A stretch of 33,158 nucleotides of DNA, taken from the NCBI GenBank assembly GCA_037441105.1, contig JBBISW010000007.1, positions 1-33,158 on the forward strand, read 5' to 3'. The position numbers were made by a program, and so were the translations under genes. The notes under the pieces were generated by a model that saw nothing but the letters and a program-made list of their open reading frames with translations, did not search any database and was not told where the DNA came from. The stretch comes from Chloroflexota bacterium. Lineage in GTDB: Bacteria > Chloroflexota > Dehalococcoidia > GIF9 > UBA5629. This document shows positions 23,441 to 31,346 of the stretch, piece after piece (the first letter of the stretch is position 1; each line of letters opens with the position of its first letter).

Positions 23441-24544
23441 ATGGCAAAATCAACATTTTCCAATGCACCAGCCCGCATTAGAGCTATAGGTATCGGCGGT
23501 GGGGGTTCCAACGCCATAACTCGGATGGTTCGTCAAGCCATTAAAGGCGTGGAATTCATCACCATGAACACCGACGCTCAGGCTCTGGCATTGTCCGAAG
23601 CCCCGGTACGTGTCCAATTAGGCGAAAAACTGACTCGAGGTTTAGGTGCCGGCGGCGACCATGCTATCGGTGCCGAAGCGGCTGAAGAGAGCCGCCAGAC
23701 AATCCAAGAGGTGGTTTCCGGTGCCGACATGATTTTCGTCACCGCGGGAATGGGCGGTGGCACCGGCACGGGTGGCATCCCGATTGTTGCCGATGTATCC
23801 CGACAAAGCGGTGCCTTGACTATCGGCATCGTAACCAAGCCTTTCAGTTTTGAAGGCACTCGGCGGAATAAAGTAGCTGAGGAAGGTGTCTTGCAGCTAT
23901 GCGACAAAGTAGATACCTTGGTTATCATCCCCAATGACCGCCTTCTTGAGCTCTGTGATGCCAAAACCACCGTTGACAATGCCTTCAGGCTAGCTGATGA
24001 TGTACTCAGGCTAGCAGTGCAAGCTATTGCTGAAGTGGTGACTGTCCCTGGATTAATCAACCTCGACTTTGCTGATATCAGGTCAATAATGAAGAACGCT
24101 GGACCTGCCTGGATGTCAGTAGGCCGAGGCTCTGGCCAGAACCGCGCAGTCGAGGCTGCTCGTGCTGCTCTCGCCAGCCCGTTACTTGATGTTTCCATAA
24201 ATGGCTCCAAGGGAGTGCTATTCAACGTCACCGGCGGCAGTGACCTCACCCTCTTCGAGTGCAATGAGGCTGCTGAGGTCATCGCTCAAGCAGTTGACCC
24301 AGATGCAAACATCATCTTCGGAGTCGTCTTCAACCCACAAATGGAGGCTGAAGTCCAAATTACCATTATTGCCACCGGTTTCACTGCCCACTATGGAGCC
24401 GGAGTACCCACTGAGGCTGAGTTGCGTCGCCTACTACGAGGCGTCGCCGAAGATAGCCTCGATGTCCCGTCCTTCCTCCGTCGTACATCGCATTACCCCT
24501 CTGCCCAACCAGCACCTCCTCCCCAGGCTAGGATGCCCCGCTAG
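23441..24544 (+). CDS. ftsZ: Cell division GTPase FtsZ
   Basis: The tubulin signature GGGTGTGG is present, along with IGIGGGGSNA and NTDAQAL. The conserved C-terminal peptide DVPSFLRR is also present. Confidence 0.96.
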   Translation: MAKSTFSNAPARIRAIGIGGGGSNAITRMVRQAIKGVEFITMNTDAQALALSEAPVRVQLGEKLTRGLGAGGDHAIGAEAAEESRQTIQEVVSGADMIFVTAGMGGGTGTGGIPIVADVSRQSGALTIGIVTKPFSFEGTRRNKVAEEGVLQLCDKVDTLVIIPNDRLLELCDAKTTVDNAFRLADDVLRLAVQAIAEVVTVPGLINLDFADIRSIMKNAGPAWMSVGRGSGQNRAVEAARAALASPLLDVSINGSKGVLFNVTGGSDLTLFECNEAAEVIAQAVDPDANIIFGVVFNPQMEAEVQITIIATGFTAHYGAGVPTEAELRRLLRGVAEDSLDVPSFLRRTSHYPSAQPAPPPQARMPR

Positions 24545-24584
24545 CCTTTCCTCCGCCCTCCTTCTACCCTCCACCCTCCCCCAA

Positions 24585-24625
24585 GTAGAGCGGCGACCCC
24601 AATCGCCGCTCTACTTTTATTTTTG
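24585..24625 (+). terminator. Rho-independent terminator after ftsZ
   Basis: A perfect 12-bp stem, GTAGAGCGGCGA (24585-24596) and TCGCCGCTCTAC (24603-24614), encloses a 6-nt loop. It is followed by ttttattttt. Confidence 0.85.
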
Positions 24626-24644
24626 TCTTATGTCGACATTCCAC

Positions 24645-24673
24645 TTGACACCACCTATATATTGGGTTAAAAT
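24645..24673 (+). promoter_or_regulatory. Candidate promoter of nrdR-nrdJ
   Basis: The sequence reads TTGACA (24645-24650), a 17-nt spacer, then TAAAAT (24668-24673). This lies about 30 nt upstream of the nrdR start. Confidence 0.55.
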
Positions 24674-24701
24674 ATTTTTGCACCACACTTTATAGGGGTG
24701 T
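24652..24701 (+). promoter_or_regulatory. Two candidate NrdR boxes overlapping the nrdR promoter
   Basis: Box 1 is cacCTATATATtGgGT (24652-24667), located in the promoter spacer. Box 2 is ACACtTTATAggGGTGT (24685-24701), located after the -10 hexamer. Both resemble the published palindromic consensus acaCwAtATaTwGtgt. Their centres are about 33 bp apart. Confidence 0.45.
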
Positions 24702-24705
24702 TGTG

Positions 24706-25239
24706 ATGAAGTGTCCTTATTGTGGTGATATTGAATCAAAAGTCATTGACTCTAGAAGTATAGGTGACGGGACCAGGCGCCGCCGTCAGTGCCTCCACTG
24801 TGGAACTCGCTTTACCACTTACGAACACCTACAATCAAAGAATCTTTTTGTGATTAAAAAGGACAACAGACGAGAGGAGTTCAACCGGGACAAGCTGCTG
24901 GCTGGTATTCGCAAAGCCTGCGAAAAGCGCCCACTACCAACTGGCACCATTGATAAGCTCGTGGATAATATTGAAGCTGATCTTTATCGCTTAGGCAAAA
25001 CCGAAATTCCCAGCTCTATCGTTGGTGACATGGTAATGGAAAGGCTGCAAGAGCTGGACCATATAGCTTATATTCGCTTTGCTAGTGTTTACCGTGAGTT
25101 TACCGATATAGCTGCACTGAAACAAGCAGTAGATATCTTAGTGGACACCGAAGCTAAAGTGCCACCAGCCGGTCAACTACCTCTCTTATCACAGGAAGAG
25201 CTGACTATCTTGGGTCAATGTCGTCAGAGGCGGAAATAA
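24706..25239 (+). CDS. nrdR: Transcriptional repressor NrdR (zinc ribbon plus ATP-cone)
   Basis: The sequence MKCPYCG...RRRRQCLHCGTRFTTYE gives the zinc ribbon, followed by an ATP-cone (VIKKDNRREEFNRDKLLAGIRKA). I prefer the ATG at 24706 to the GTG at 24703. Confidence 0.93.
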   Translation: MKCPYCGDIESKVIDSRSIGDGTRRRRQCLHCGTRFTTYEHLQSKNLFVIKKDNRREEFNRDKLLAGIRKACEKRPLPTGTIDKLVDNIEADLYRLGKTEIPSSIVGDMVMERLQELDHIAYIRFASVYREFTDIAALKQAVDILVDTEAKVPPAGQLPLLSQEELTILGQCRQRRK

Positions 25240-25240
25240 A

Positions 25241-27754
25241 ATGGCCAATCGCCAGAGTAAAAATCAACCCCGTAGTACCAACCACAGCCGCATAGCCCGA
25301 GCTATCTTTGCCGCTGCTGAGTCCATGGGCATAACTGATAGGAAACTGCTAGAAGAACTCACCGAGCAGATAATTCAAAGGCTTGAGCCAAAACCAGTTT
25401 TACCAGGGATGGAGCACCTAATCCCAAAGCAAGACAAGCAAAGACCATCCACTTCCCAGATCGAAGTGGCAGTTAAGGAAATCCTGACTGAGAAAGCTAA
25501 GATAAAGATAATGGAGGCACCTATGCTCCAGACTAAAGCTAAAGTTAAACCAGGAATAGAACTCTCCCAAAATGCCCTTACAGTCTTAGAAAAAAGATAC
25601 CTGAAAAAGGACAGCCAAGGTGAAGTCGTTGAGATACCAGAAGAGATGTTTCGGCGTGTCGCCAAACATATTGCTTCGGCTGAGCTTATTTACGACCCAA
25701 AGGCAGACATAGGCGGTTGGGAAGAAAAGTTTTATAAACTCGTCACATCCTTGGAATTCCTGCCCAATTCGCCAACCCTGATGAACGCCGGACGAGAACT
25801 GGGACAACTATCAGCTTGTTTTGTTATTCCCGTTGATGACTCCATGGAATCCATTTTTGACGCTGTAAAATATACAGCTCTAATCCACAAAAGCGGCGGC
25901 GGCACCGGCTTCTCTTTCTCGCGTCTCAGACCTACGAAAGACAGGGTGGGGTCCACAGGCGGTGTGGCTAGCGGTCCAGTATCATTTATGCGAGCTTTTG
26001 ACACAGCCACCGACGTCATCAAACAGGGCGGCATGCGTCGAGGTGCCAACATGGCTATCCTGAACGTTGACCATCCTGACATTCCAGAATTCATCACAGC
26101 CAAAGAAGACCCAAAAGCACTAACTAACTTCAATCTCTCAGTCGCCGTGACTGACGAGTTCATGGAGGCTGTGGAAAAGGGCGGGGAGTACAATCTGGTA
26201 AATCCACGAACCAAAGAGGCAGTGGATAAACTCAACGCTAGAGAGGTCTTCACAAAAATCACAGATATGGCCTGGCGTACTGGTGACCCTGGCATCGTTT
26301 TCATAGATAATATAAACAAGAATAATCCTACCCCAAGGCTAGGCAAAATAGAGAGCACCAACCCCTGCGGTGAACAACCTCTACTACCCTTCGAGTCCTG
26401 TAATCTAGCCTCGATTAACCTGTCCAAAATGGTCAAAAAAGAAGATGACCAACCCGAAATCGACTATGCCAAACTGAGTCAAATTGCCAGACTGGGTGTC
26501 CGTTTTCTTGATGACGTCATAGATGTTAACAAATTCCCGCTACCTCAAATCGAGAAAATGACCAAAGCCACCAGAAAGATAGGGCTTGGCGTTATGGGCT
26601 TTGCTGACATGCTAATCAAGCTTCGCATCCCTTACAATTCTGATAAAGCACTGGAGGTGGCTGAAAACGTCATGCGCTTTATATCTGAAGAAGCGATCAA
26701 AGAATCGGTAAAGCTGGGCGAAGAACGAGGCCTATTCCCCGCTTTTAGAGGTAGCATCTACGATACTAATAATGGATTGAAACCAAGAAATGCCTCTCGG
26801 ACTACCATTGCTCCCACTGGAACATTAAGCATAATTGCTGGCTGCTCCAGTGGCATCGAGCCTCTCTTCGCTCTCAGTTACGTCCGCCATATCTTGGACG
26901 GTGAACAGCTGATAGAAGTCAATCCTTATTTTGAGAAAGCGGCCAAAAGGGAAGGTTTCTATTCCCCAGAATTAATGCAACAGCTTGCCGAGGGGAAAAA
27001 GCTCCGGGATGTCGAGAATATACCTGATTGGGTAAAAGACGTCTTTGTTACCTCTCACGACATAGCTCCAGAATGGCACGTGAGGATGCAGGCAGCTTTC
27101 CAGAAGTTCACCGATAGCGCTGTTTCCAAGACAGTCAACCTCCCCCATGAAGCTACCCTGGAAGATGTAGCCGAAATATATATGCTGGCTTATAGACTCG
27201 GATTAAAAGGGATAACCATCTACCGAGACCGAAGCCGTGATAGCCAGGTTCTAACTATTAGCCACGCAGAAGAGACACCTGAAACCAAGCTCACGCCAAG
27301 ACGACGACCCAAAGTCACCACAGGAATTACCGAGCGAGTGACCACCGGCTGCGGTTACATATATGTCACCGTAAACTTCGACGACAAAGGAATCTGTGAA
27401 GTCTTCACCAGCTTGGGAAAAGCCGGTGGCTGTGCCTCGGCACAACTGGAAGCTGCCAGTAGACTCATCTCCTTGGCCTTGAGGGCAGGTATTGACATAG
27501 CCTCTGTCACCAAACACCTGCGTGGCATCCGCTGCCCATCTGTTGCTTGGGAGGAAGGCCGCGCAGTTCTTTCCTGTGCCGATGGTATTGCCAGCGTACT
27601 GGAAAAATACATCAAAGATAAGGACAAAGGCACCCCTAAAGACCTTGGGGTAGCTAAAAACTGGGCAGGACAATGTCCTGAATGTGGCAACATTCTCATC
27701 TACCAAGAAGGTTGCCATATTTGCCCCAGTTGCGGCTATACTAAGTGTGGATAG
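25241..27754 (+). CDS. nrdJ: Adenosylcobalamin-dependent (class II) ribonucleotide reductase NrdJ, with an N-terminal leader region of about 95-105 aa
   Basis: The conserved core starts near LSQNALTVLEKRYLKKD. Active-site regions include NPCGEQPL and TIAPTGT. A C-terminal Cys-rich zinc ribbon is present (CPECGN...CHICPSCG). The frame is open from the ATG at 25241, which is 1 nt after the nrdR stop. An internal GGAGG plus ATG at 25523 is an alternative start. Confidence 0.9.
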   Translation: MANRQSKNQPRSTNHSRIARAIFAAAESMGITDRKLLEELTEQIIQRLEPKPVLPGMEHLIPKQDKQRPSTSQIEVAVKEILTEKAKIKIMEAPMLQTKAKVKPGIELSQNALTVLEKRYLKKDSQGEVVEIPEEMFRRVAKHIASAELIYDPKADIGGWEEKFYKLVTSLEFLPNSPTLMNAGRELGQLSACFVIPVDDSMESIFDAVKYTALIHKSGGGTGFSFSRLRPTKDRVGSTGGVASGPVSFMRAFDTATDVIKQGGMRRGANMAILNVDHPDIPEFITAKEDPKALTNFNLSVAVTDEFMEAVEKGGEYNLVNPRTKEAVDKLNAREVFTKITDMAWRTGDPGIVFIDNINKNNPTPRLGKIESTNPCGEQPLLPFESCNLASINLSKMVKKEDDQPEIDYAKLSQIARLGVRFLDDVIDVNKFPLPQIEKMTKATRKIGLGVMGFADMLIKLRIPYNSDKALEVAENVMRFISEEAIKESVKLGEERGLFPAFRGSIYDTNNGLKPRNASRTTIAPTGTLSIIAGCSSGIEPLFALSYVRHILDGEQLIEVNPYFEKAAKREGFYSPELMQQLAEGKKLRDVENIPDWVKDVFVTSHDIAPEWHVRMQAAFQKFTDSAVSKTVNLPHEATLEDVAEIYMLAYRLGLKGITIYRDRSRDSQVLTISHAEETPETKLTPRRRPKVTTGITERVTTGCGYIYVTVNFDDKGICEVFTSLGKAGGCASAQLEAASRLISLALRAGIDIASVTKHLRGIRCPSVAWEEGRAVLSCADGIASVLEKYIKDKDKGTPKDLGVAKNWAGQCPECGNILIYQEGCHICPSCGYTKCG

Positions 27755-29241
27755 GTGACAGGAATACATTCCAAAGGGAGGCAGTTCTGTATAACCGCGA
27801 ACATAGCTACTCTCAAGCTTTCAAGCAGATAGCCAAGACCGCTAACTCATCTCTGCCCCTGCAGAAGGTCCTCAATTCTACAGCCAAGAGCACAGCTAAG
27901 GCACTGAAAGCTTCCGGATGCACCATAATGCTTCTAAGCTCTCCTCAAAAGGAACACTTAGACATCATAGCTGCCTATGGCCTCAGCGACCTATATCTGC
28001 GAAAAGGAGCACTGAATGCTCACAAGAGCCTGCGCGATGTCCTGAACGGGAAAATAGTGGCTATTCTTGATGCTACACAGGATGAGCGCATTCAGTACCC
28101 AGAGGCAGCTGATATAGAGAAAATAAGCTCTGTACTAGCAGCACCTTTGTTACAGAAGGGTGAGGTGATTGGACAAGTTCGAATTTACACTGATGAACCG
28201 AGGCGCTTTTCGCAAGCCGACAAAGACTTCTTGTCCACCGTAGCTAACATAATCGCTATTACCCTGGAAAAAACTGAACTTTACCAGGTGCTGAAAGCAG
28301 AACACGCAGAAACAGTAACCAAACGGCGAAAACTAGTTGAGACACCCCAATTACCTTCGTCTTCACTAAGGCCATCTAGCTTTAGTCACCCCAGCGAAGA
28401 AGAGTTCGCCAGGTTACTTGATTTCTACCGCATCGAGTGGCTTTATGAGCCTCGCTCCTTCCCTCTAGCCTGGCAGGACAATAAAGTAACAGAGATGTTT
28501 ACCCCCGATTTTTATCTGCCTGAACTAGACCTTTATATCGAGCTTACCACCCTCAAACAAAGATTGATTACAGAGAAGAATCGTAAATTGCGCCGACTTA
28601 GAGAACTGTATCCTGATGTCAATATCAAGCTTCTCAACAAGAGCGATTATCTCAGGTTACTAGCCAAATATGGCTACGGACGCCTGGGGGGAACAAAGGT
28701 CGAGGGAATAGACCGGGTCTTGTTCAGCCACACTCAAATTCAGCGACGAGTCAGAGCTTTAGCCAAACGCATATCGCAAGACTATGCGGGGAGACAATTG
28801 GTGCTGGTCGGCATCCTCAAAGGCGTCATCTGTTTCATGTCTGACCTGATGCAACATATCACCTTGCCGCTTACCGTGGACTTTATGGCCATTTCCTACT
28901 ACGGCACCGATAACGAATCAGCAGTAAAGATAACCAAGGACCTCGATACCAGCATAGCCGGGCTTGATGTAATAATGGTTGAGGATATCGTGGACACCGG
29001 GATGACTCTAAACTATGTTCTTAACCACCTAGCTTCACACAACCCGACCAGCCTGCATGTTTGCACTTTGCTGGACAAGCGAGCCCGCCGTCTTGTCGAT
29101 GTTCCTCTCGATTACATAGGCTTCGAGATCCCGGATGAATTTGTGGTTGGCTATGGACTGGATTACCAAGGAGAGTACAGAAATTTACCCTTCATTGGGG
29201 CACTTAATCCGGAACTTATTGAAGAAGAGCTCAAAAAATAA
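27745..29241 (+). CDS. hpt: Fusion protein: GAF domain, restriction-endonuclease-fold-like middle segment, and hypoxanthine(-guanine) phosphoribosyltransferase
   Basis: N-terminal residues ~25-185 are GAF-like (...AAPLLQKGEVIGQVRIYTDEPRRFSQADKDFLSTVANIIAITLEK). Residues ~205-320 include EEEFARLLDFYRIEWLYEPRSF...FTPDFYLPELDLYIELT. The C-terminal ~175 aa are a canonical HPRT (LVLVGILKGVICFMSDL..., VIMVEDIVDTGMTL, FVVGYGLDYQGEYRNLP). The GTG at 27745 overlaps the nrdJ end by 10 nt. A strong GGGAGG at 27776-27781 is followed only by an in-frame CTG at 27787, so the true start is uncertain. Confidence 0.85.
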   Translation: MWIGDRNTFQREAVLYNREHSYSQAFKQIAKTANSSLPLQKVLNSTAKSTAKALKASGCTIMLLSSPQKEHLDIIAAYGLSDLYLRKGALNAHKSLRDVLNGKIVAILDATQDERIQYPEAADIEKISSVLAAPLLQKGEVIGQVRIYTDEPRRFSQADKDFLSTVANIIAITLEKTELYQVLKAEHAETVTKRRKLVETPQLPSSSLRPSSFSHPSEEEFARLLDFYRIEWLYEPRSFPLAWQDNKVTEMFTPDFYLPELDLYIELTTLKQRLITEKNRKLRRLRELYPDVNIKLLNKSDYLRLLAKYGYGRLGGTKVEGIDRVLFSHTQIQRRVRALAKRISQDYAGRQLVLVGILKGVICFMSDLMQHITLPLTVDFMAISYYGTDNESAVKITKDLDTSIAGLDVIMVEDIVDTGMTLNYVLNHLASHNPTSLHVCTLLDKRARRLVDVPLDYIGFEIPDEFVVGYGLDYQGEYRNLPFIGALNPELIEEELKK

Positions 29242-29386
29242 AAATGCCCCAAGTAACCTTGCCCTTCCCGGTTCCTCATCCTGTCTGACACTTTTCGGCC
29301 TTCGCCTACCTTGCGTCAGCTCCTCTGCCTCCCCGGTCTTAGCTCAATTACTTGAAGCATGATAACTCTAGCATATTTTTTGCGCT

Positions 29387-29416
29387 TTGTCAAGCCCTCT
29401 TGGATTATTTTATAAT
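29387..29416 (+). promoter_or_regulatory. Candidate promoter of the HCS/IPMS-family gene
   Basis: The sequence reads TTGTCA (29387-29392), an 18-nt spacer, then TATAAT (29411-29416). This lies about 90 nt upstream of the start codon. Confidence 0.35.
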
Positions 29417-29503
29417 ATTTTATTGACTAAATTGGATATAATGCTTGTTGCTCTTAGCTGAATAGACTAACACCCAATGCCACAATTTATCTCTTAGGAG
29501 GAT

Positions 29504-30793
29504 ATGATGGGAAAAATTTATATAATTGATGTCACCAATCGAGACGGGGTTCAGACAGCCAAGCTTGGCTTATCCAAGCTTGAAAAAACGATGATAAATA
29601 TCTACCTGAACGAGATGGGGGTTTTTCAGTCTGAGTTCGGTTTCCCCACGACCAGACACGAATCAAACTACCTTCAGGCAAATCTCGAACTAGCCGAGAT
29701 GGGCGTGTTACAACCCATTCGCCTGGGTGGCTGGATAAGAGCAACAGCGGAAGACGTAGAAACATCCTTCAGGCTTGTCCCAAAGATAAAGCATCTTAAC
29801 CTTTCAGTCTCGACCTCTGACCAGATGATTCAGGGTAAGTTCCAAGGGAGAAAGACAAGAGATGATATTGTGCAGATGATGGTAGATGCTGTAGATGCCG
29901 CCCGTGCACATGGAGCTGAATCAATAGGCGTAAATGCCGAGGATGCCTCCCGCACAGATTTGGATTTCCTAATCAAATTCGCCTCAGCAGCTAAGTCACA
30001 TGGCGCTGACAGGTTTAGATACTGCGACACTCTTGGTTACGACGACCCTTTCACCATATATGAGGCGGTGAAAGCGCTGGCTAAAAATGTAGCCTTGCCT
30101 ATTGAGATTCACTGCCACGGTGACCTAGGAATGGCAGTAGCTACTTCTGTCGCCGGAGCAAAAGGCGCCATAGATAGCGGGCAAGACGCCTATATCAATA
30201 CAACTGTAAACGGTATTGGTGAGCGAGCCGGCAACGCTGACCTTGTAGCCACAGTTCTAGCGATAACCAAATCCAAGGGTTTTGCTGGAAAATATCAACT
30301 AGGCAGGCCAATTGACCTGTCCAAATCATGGAAAACAGCCAATTTCGCCAGCTATGCTTTCGGTGTGCCTATTCCAATAAACCAACCAGGTGTTGGTGCC
30401 AATGCCTTTGCCCATGCTTCCGGTATCCATGCCGACGGTGTATTAAAAGACCCGCAAAATTACGAGCTATATGACTATGCCGAGCTGGGCAGAGGTGAAC
30501 CAGTAACGGTGGAGACCGGGAGGGAAATATGCTCCGGCGAATATGGAGGTATATCCGGCTTCAGACATTTAATGAAGAAAATAGAAGAGAAGATCGGAGG
30601 AGGGGTTGAAGAGGAGCTTGGAGATGTGGTCGAGATATCATTTGCCAGTGCTGCAGAGGCTGAGAAAATCCTGGAACTGGTAAGATACGCCAATGTCTGT
30701 GCCCAGAAGCCTCTCGTCGAGGATGAATTACTTTTCATTGCCAAATATCCTGATATTGCCAAGAGACTGCTGACGCTAACACCCCTAACATAG
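29504..30793 (+). CDS. Homocitrate/2-isopropylmalate/citramalate synthase-family (DRE-TIM, HMGL-like) acyl-CoA condensing enzyme; possible Re-citrate synthase
   Basis: The N-terminus reads IIDVTNRDGVQ. The metal-site motif IEIHCHGDLGMAVA (HxH) is present, along with NGIGERAGNADL. The protein is 429 aa and has no LeuA-type C-terminal regulatory domain. AGGAGG precedes tandem ATG codons at 29504 and 29507. Confidence 0.8.
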   Translation: MMGKIYIIDVTNRDGVQTAKLGLSKLEKTMINIYLNEMGVFQSEFGFPTTRHESNYLQANLELAEMGVLQPIRLGGWIRATAEDVETSFRLVPKIKHLNLSVSTSDQMIQGKFQGRKTRDDIVQMMVDAVDAARAHGAESIGVNAEDASRTDLDFLIKFASAAKSHGADRFRYCDTLGYDDPFTIYEAVKALAKNVALPIEIHCHGDLGMAVATSVAGAKGAIDSGQDAYINTTVNGIGERAGNADLVATVLAITKSKGFAGKYQLGRPIDLSKSWKTANFASYAFGVPIPINQPGVGANAFAHASGIHADGVLKDPQNYELYDYAELGRGEPVTVETGREICSGEYGGISGFRHLMKKIEEKIGGGVEEELGDVVEISFASAAEAEKILELVRYANVCAQKPLVEDELLFIAKYPDIAKRLLTLTPLT

Positions 30794-30867
30794 CTTATCT
30801 ACTGAAAAACTGTTTTAGGTCAGCATTGTAAGACGGACTGCTTTAGCTAACTCAACAATCAATAACC

Positions 30868-31305
30868 ATGGAAATAAATCTAACACCAATCGGTATCGTT
30901 AAAAACAGCATCACAGAACCGAAAAGAGAGGACTGGCAAACAGTCACCTCTGAGATAATAATAAACGATGATTTAAAGGAAGCCTTAAGCAGAATAGAAG
31001 AGTTTTCCCATCTCATAATCATCTACTGGATGCACAAGTTAGCCCCATCGCAGCATTCAGTAACCAAAGTTCATCCCAAAGGTAACCAGAACCTGCCTCC
31101 GGTCGGCGTCTTCGCTAGCCGTAGCCCGGCACGTCCCAATCCGATAGGGATAACCACCGTCAAGCTGCTGGAACGCCGAGACAATGTCCTCAAAGTCATT
31201 GGCCTCGATGCCATAGACGGAACGCCGGTACTAGACATCAAGCCTTTTATCCCTGGACATGACTCCCCCAATGAGTTTAAGACACCTGGCTGGTTAACAA
31301 CATGA
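30868..31305 (+). CDS. tsaA: tRNA m6t6A37 methyltransferase TsaA/TrmO (YaeB/UPF0066 family)
   Basis: The 145-aa ORF reads PIGIVKN...FSHLIIIYWMH...GVFASRSPARPNPIGITTVKLL...GLDAIDGTPVLDIKPF, which is typical of TsaA. Confidence 0.85.
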   Translation: MEINLTPIGIVKNSITEPKREDWQTVTSEIIINDDLKEALSRIEEFSHLIIIYWMHKLAPSQHSVTKVHPKGNQNLPPVGVFASRSPARPNPIGITTVKLLERRDNVLKVIGLDAIDGTPVLDIKPFIPGHDSPNEFKTPGWLTT

Positions 31306-31346
31306 CTCTTTATAATGCGAGCCATCTTTTTGGTAGAATGCTTCAC

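Noticed and set aside
25241-27754. An intein or other insertion within NrdJ to explain its 837-aa length.
   Set aside because: The core aligns continuously by eye through the conserved motifs. No Cys/Ser-...-HN-Cys splice-junction block or homing-endonuclease motifs are present. The extra length is N-terminal.
29423-29442. TTGACT (29423) and TATAAT (29437) as a promoter pair upstream of the HCS-like gene.
   Set aside because: The spacer is only 8 nt. The TTGTCA-18-TATAAT pair at 29387-29416 is geometrically plausible and was reported instead.
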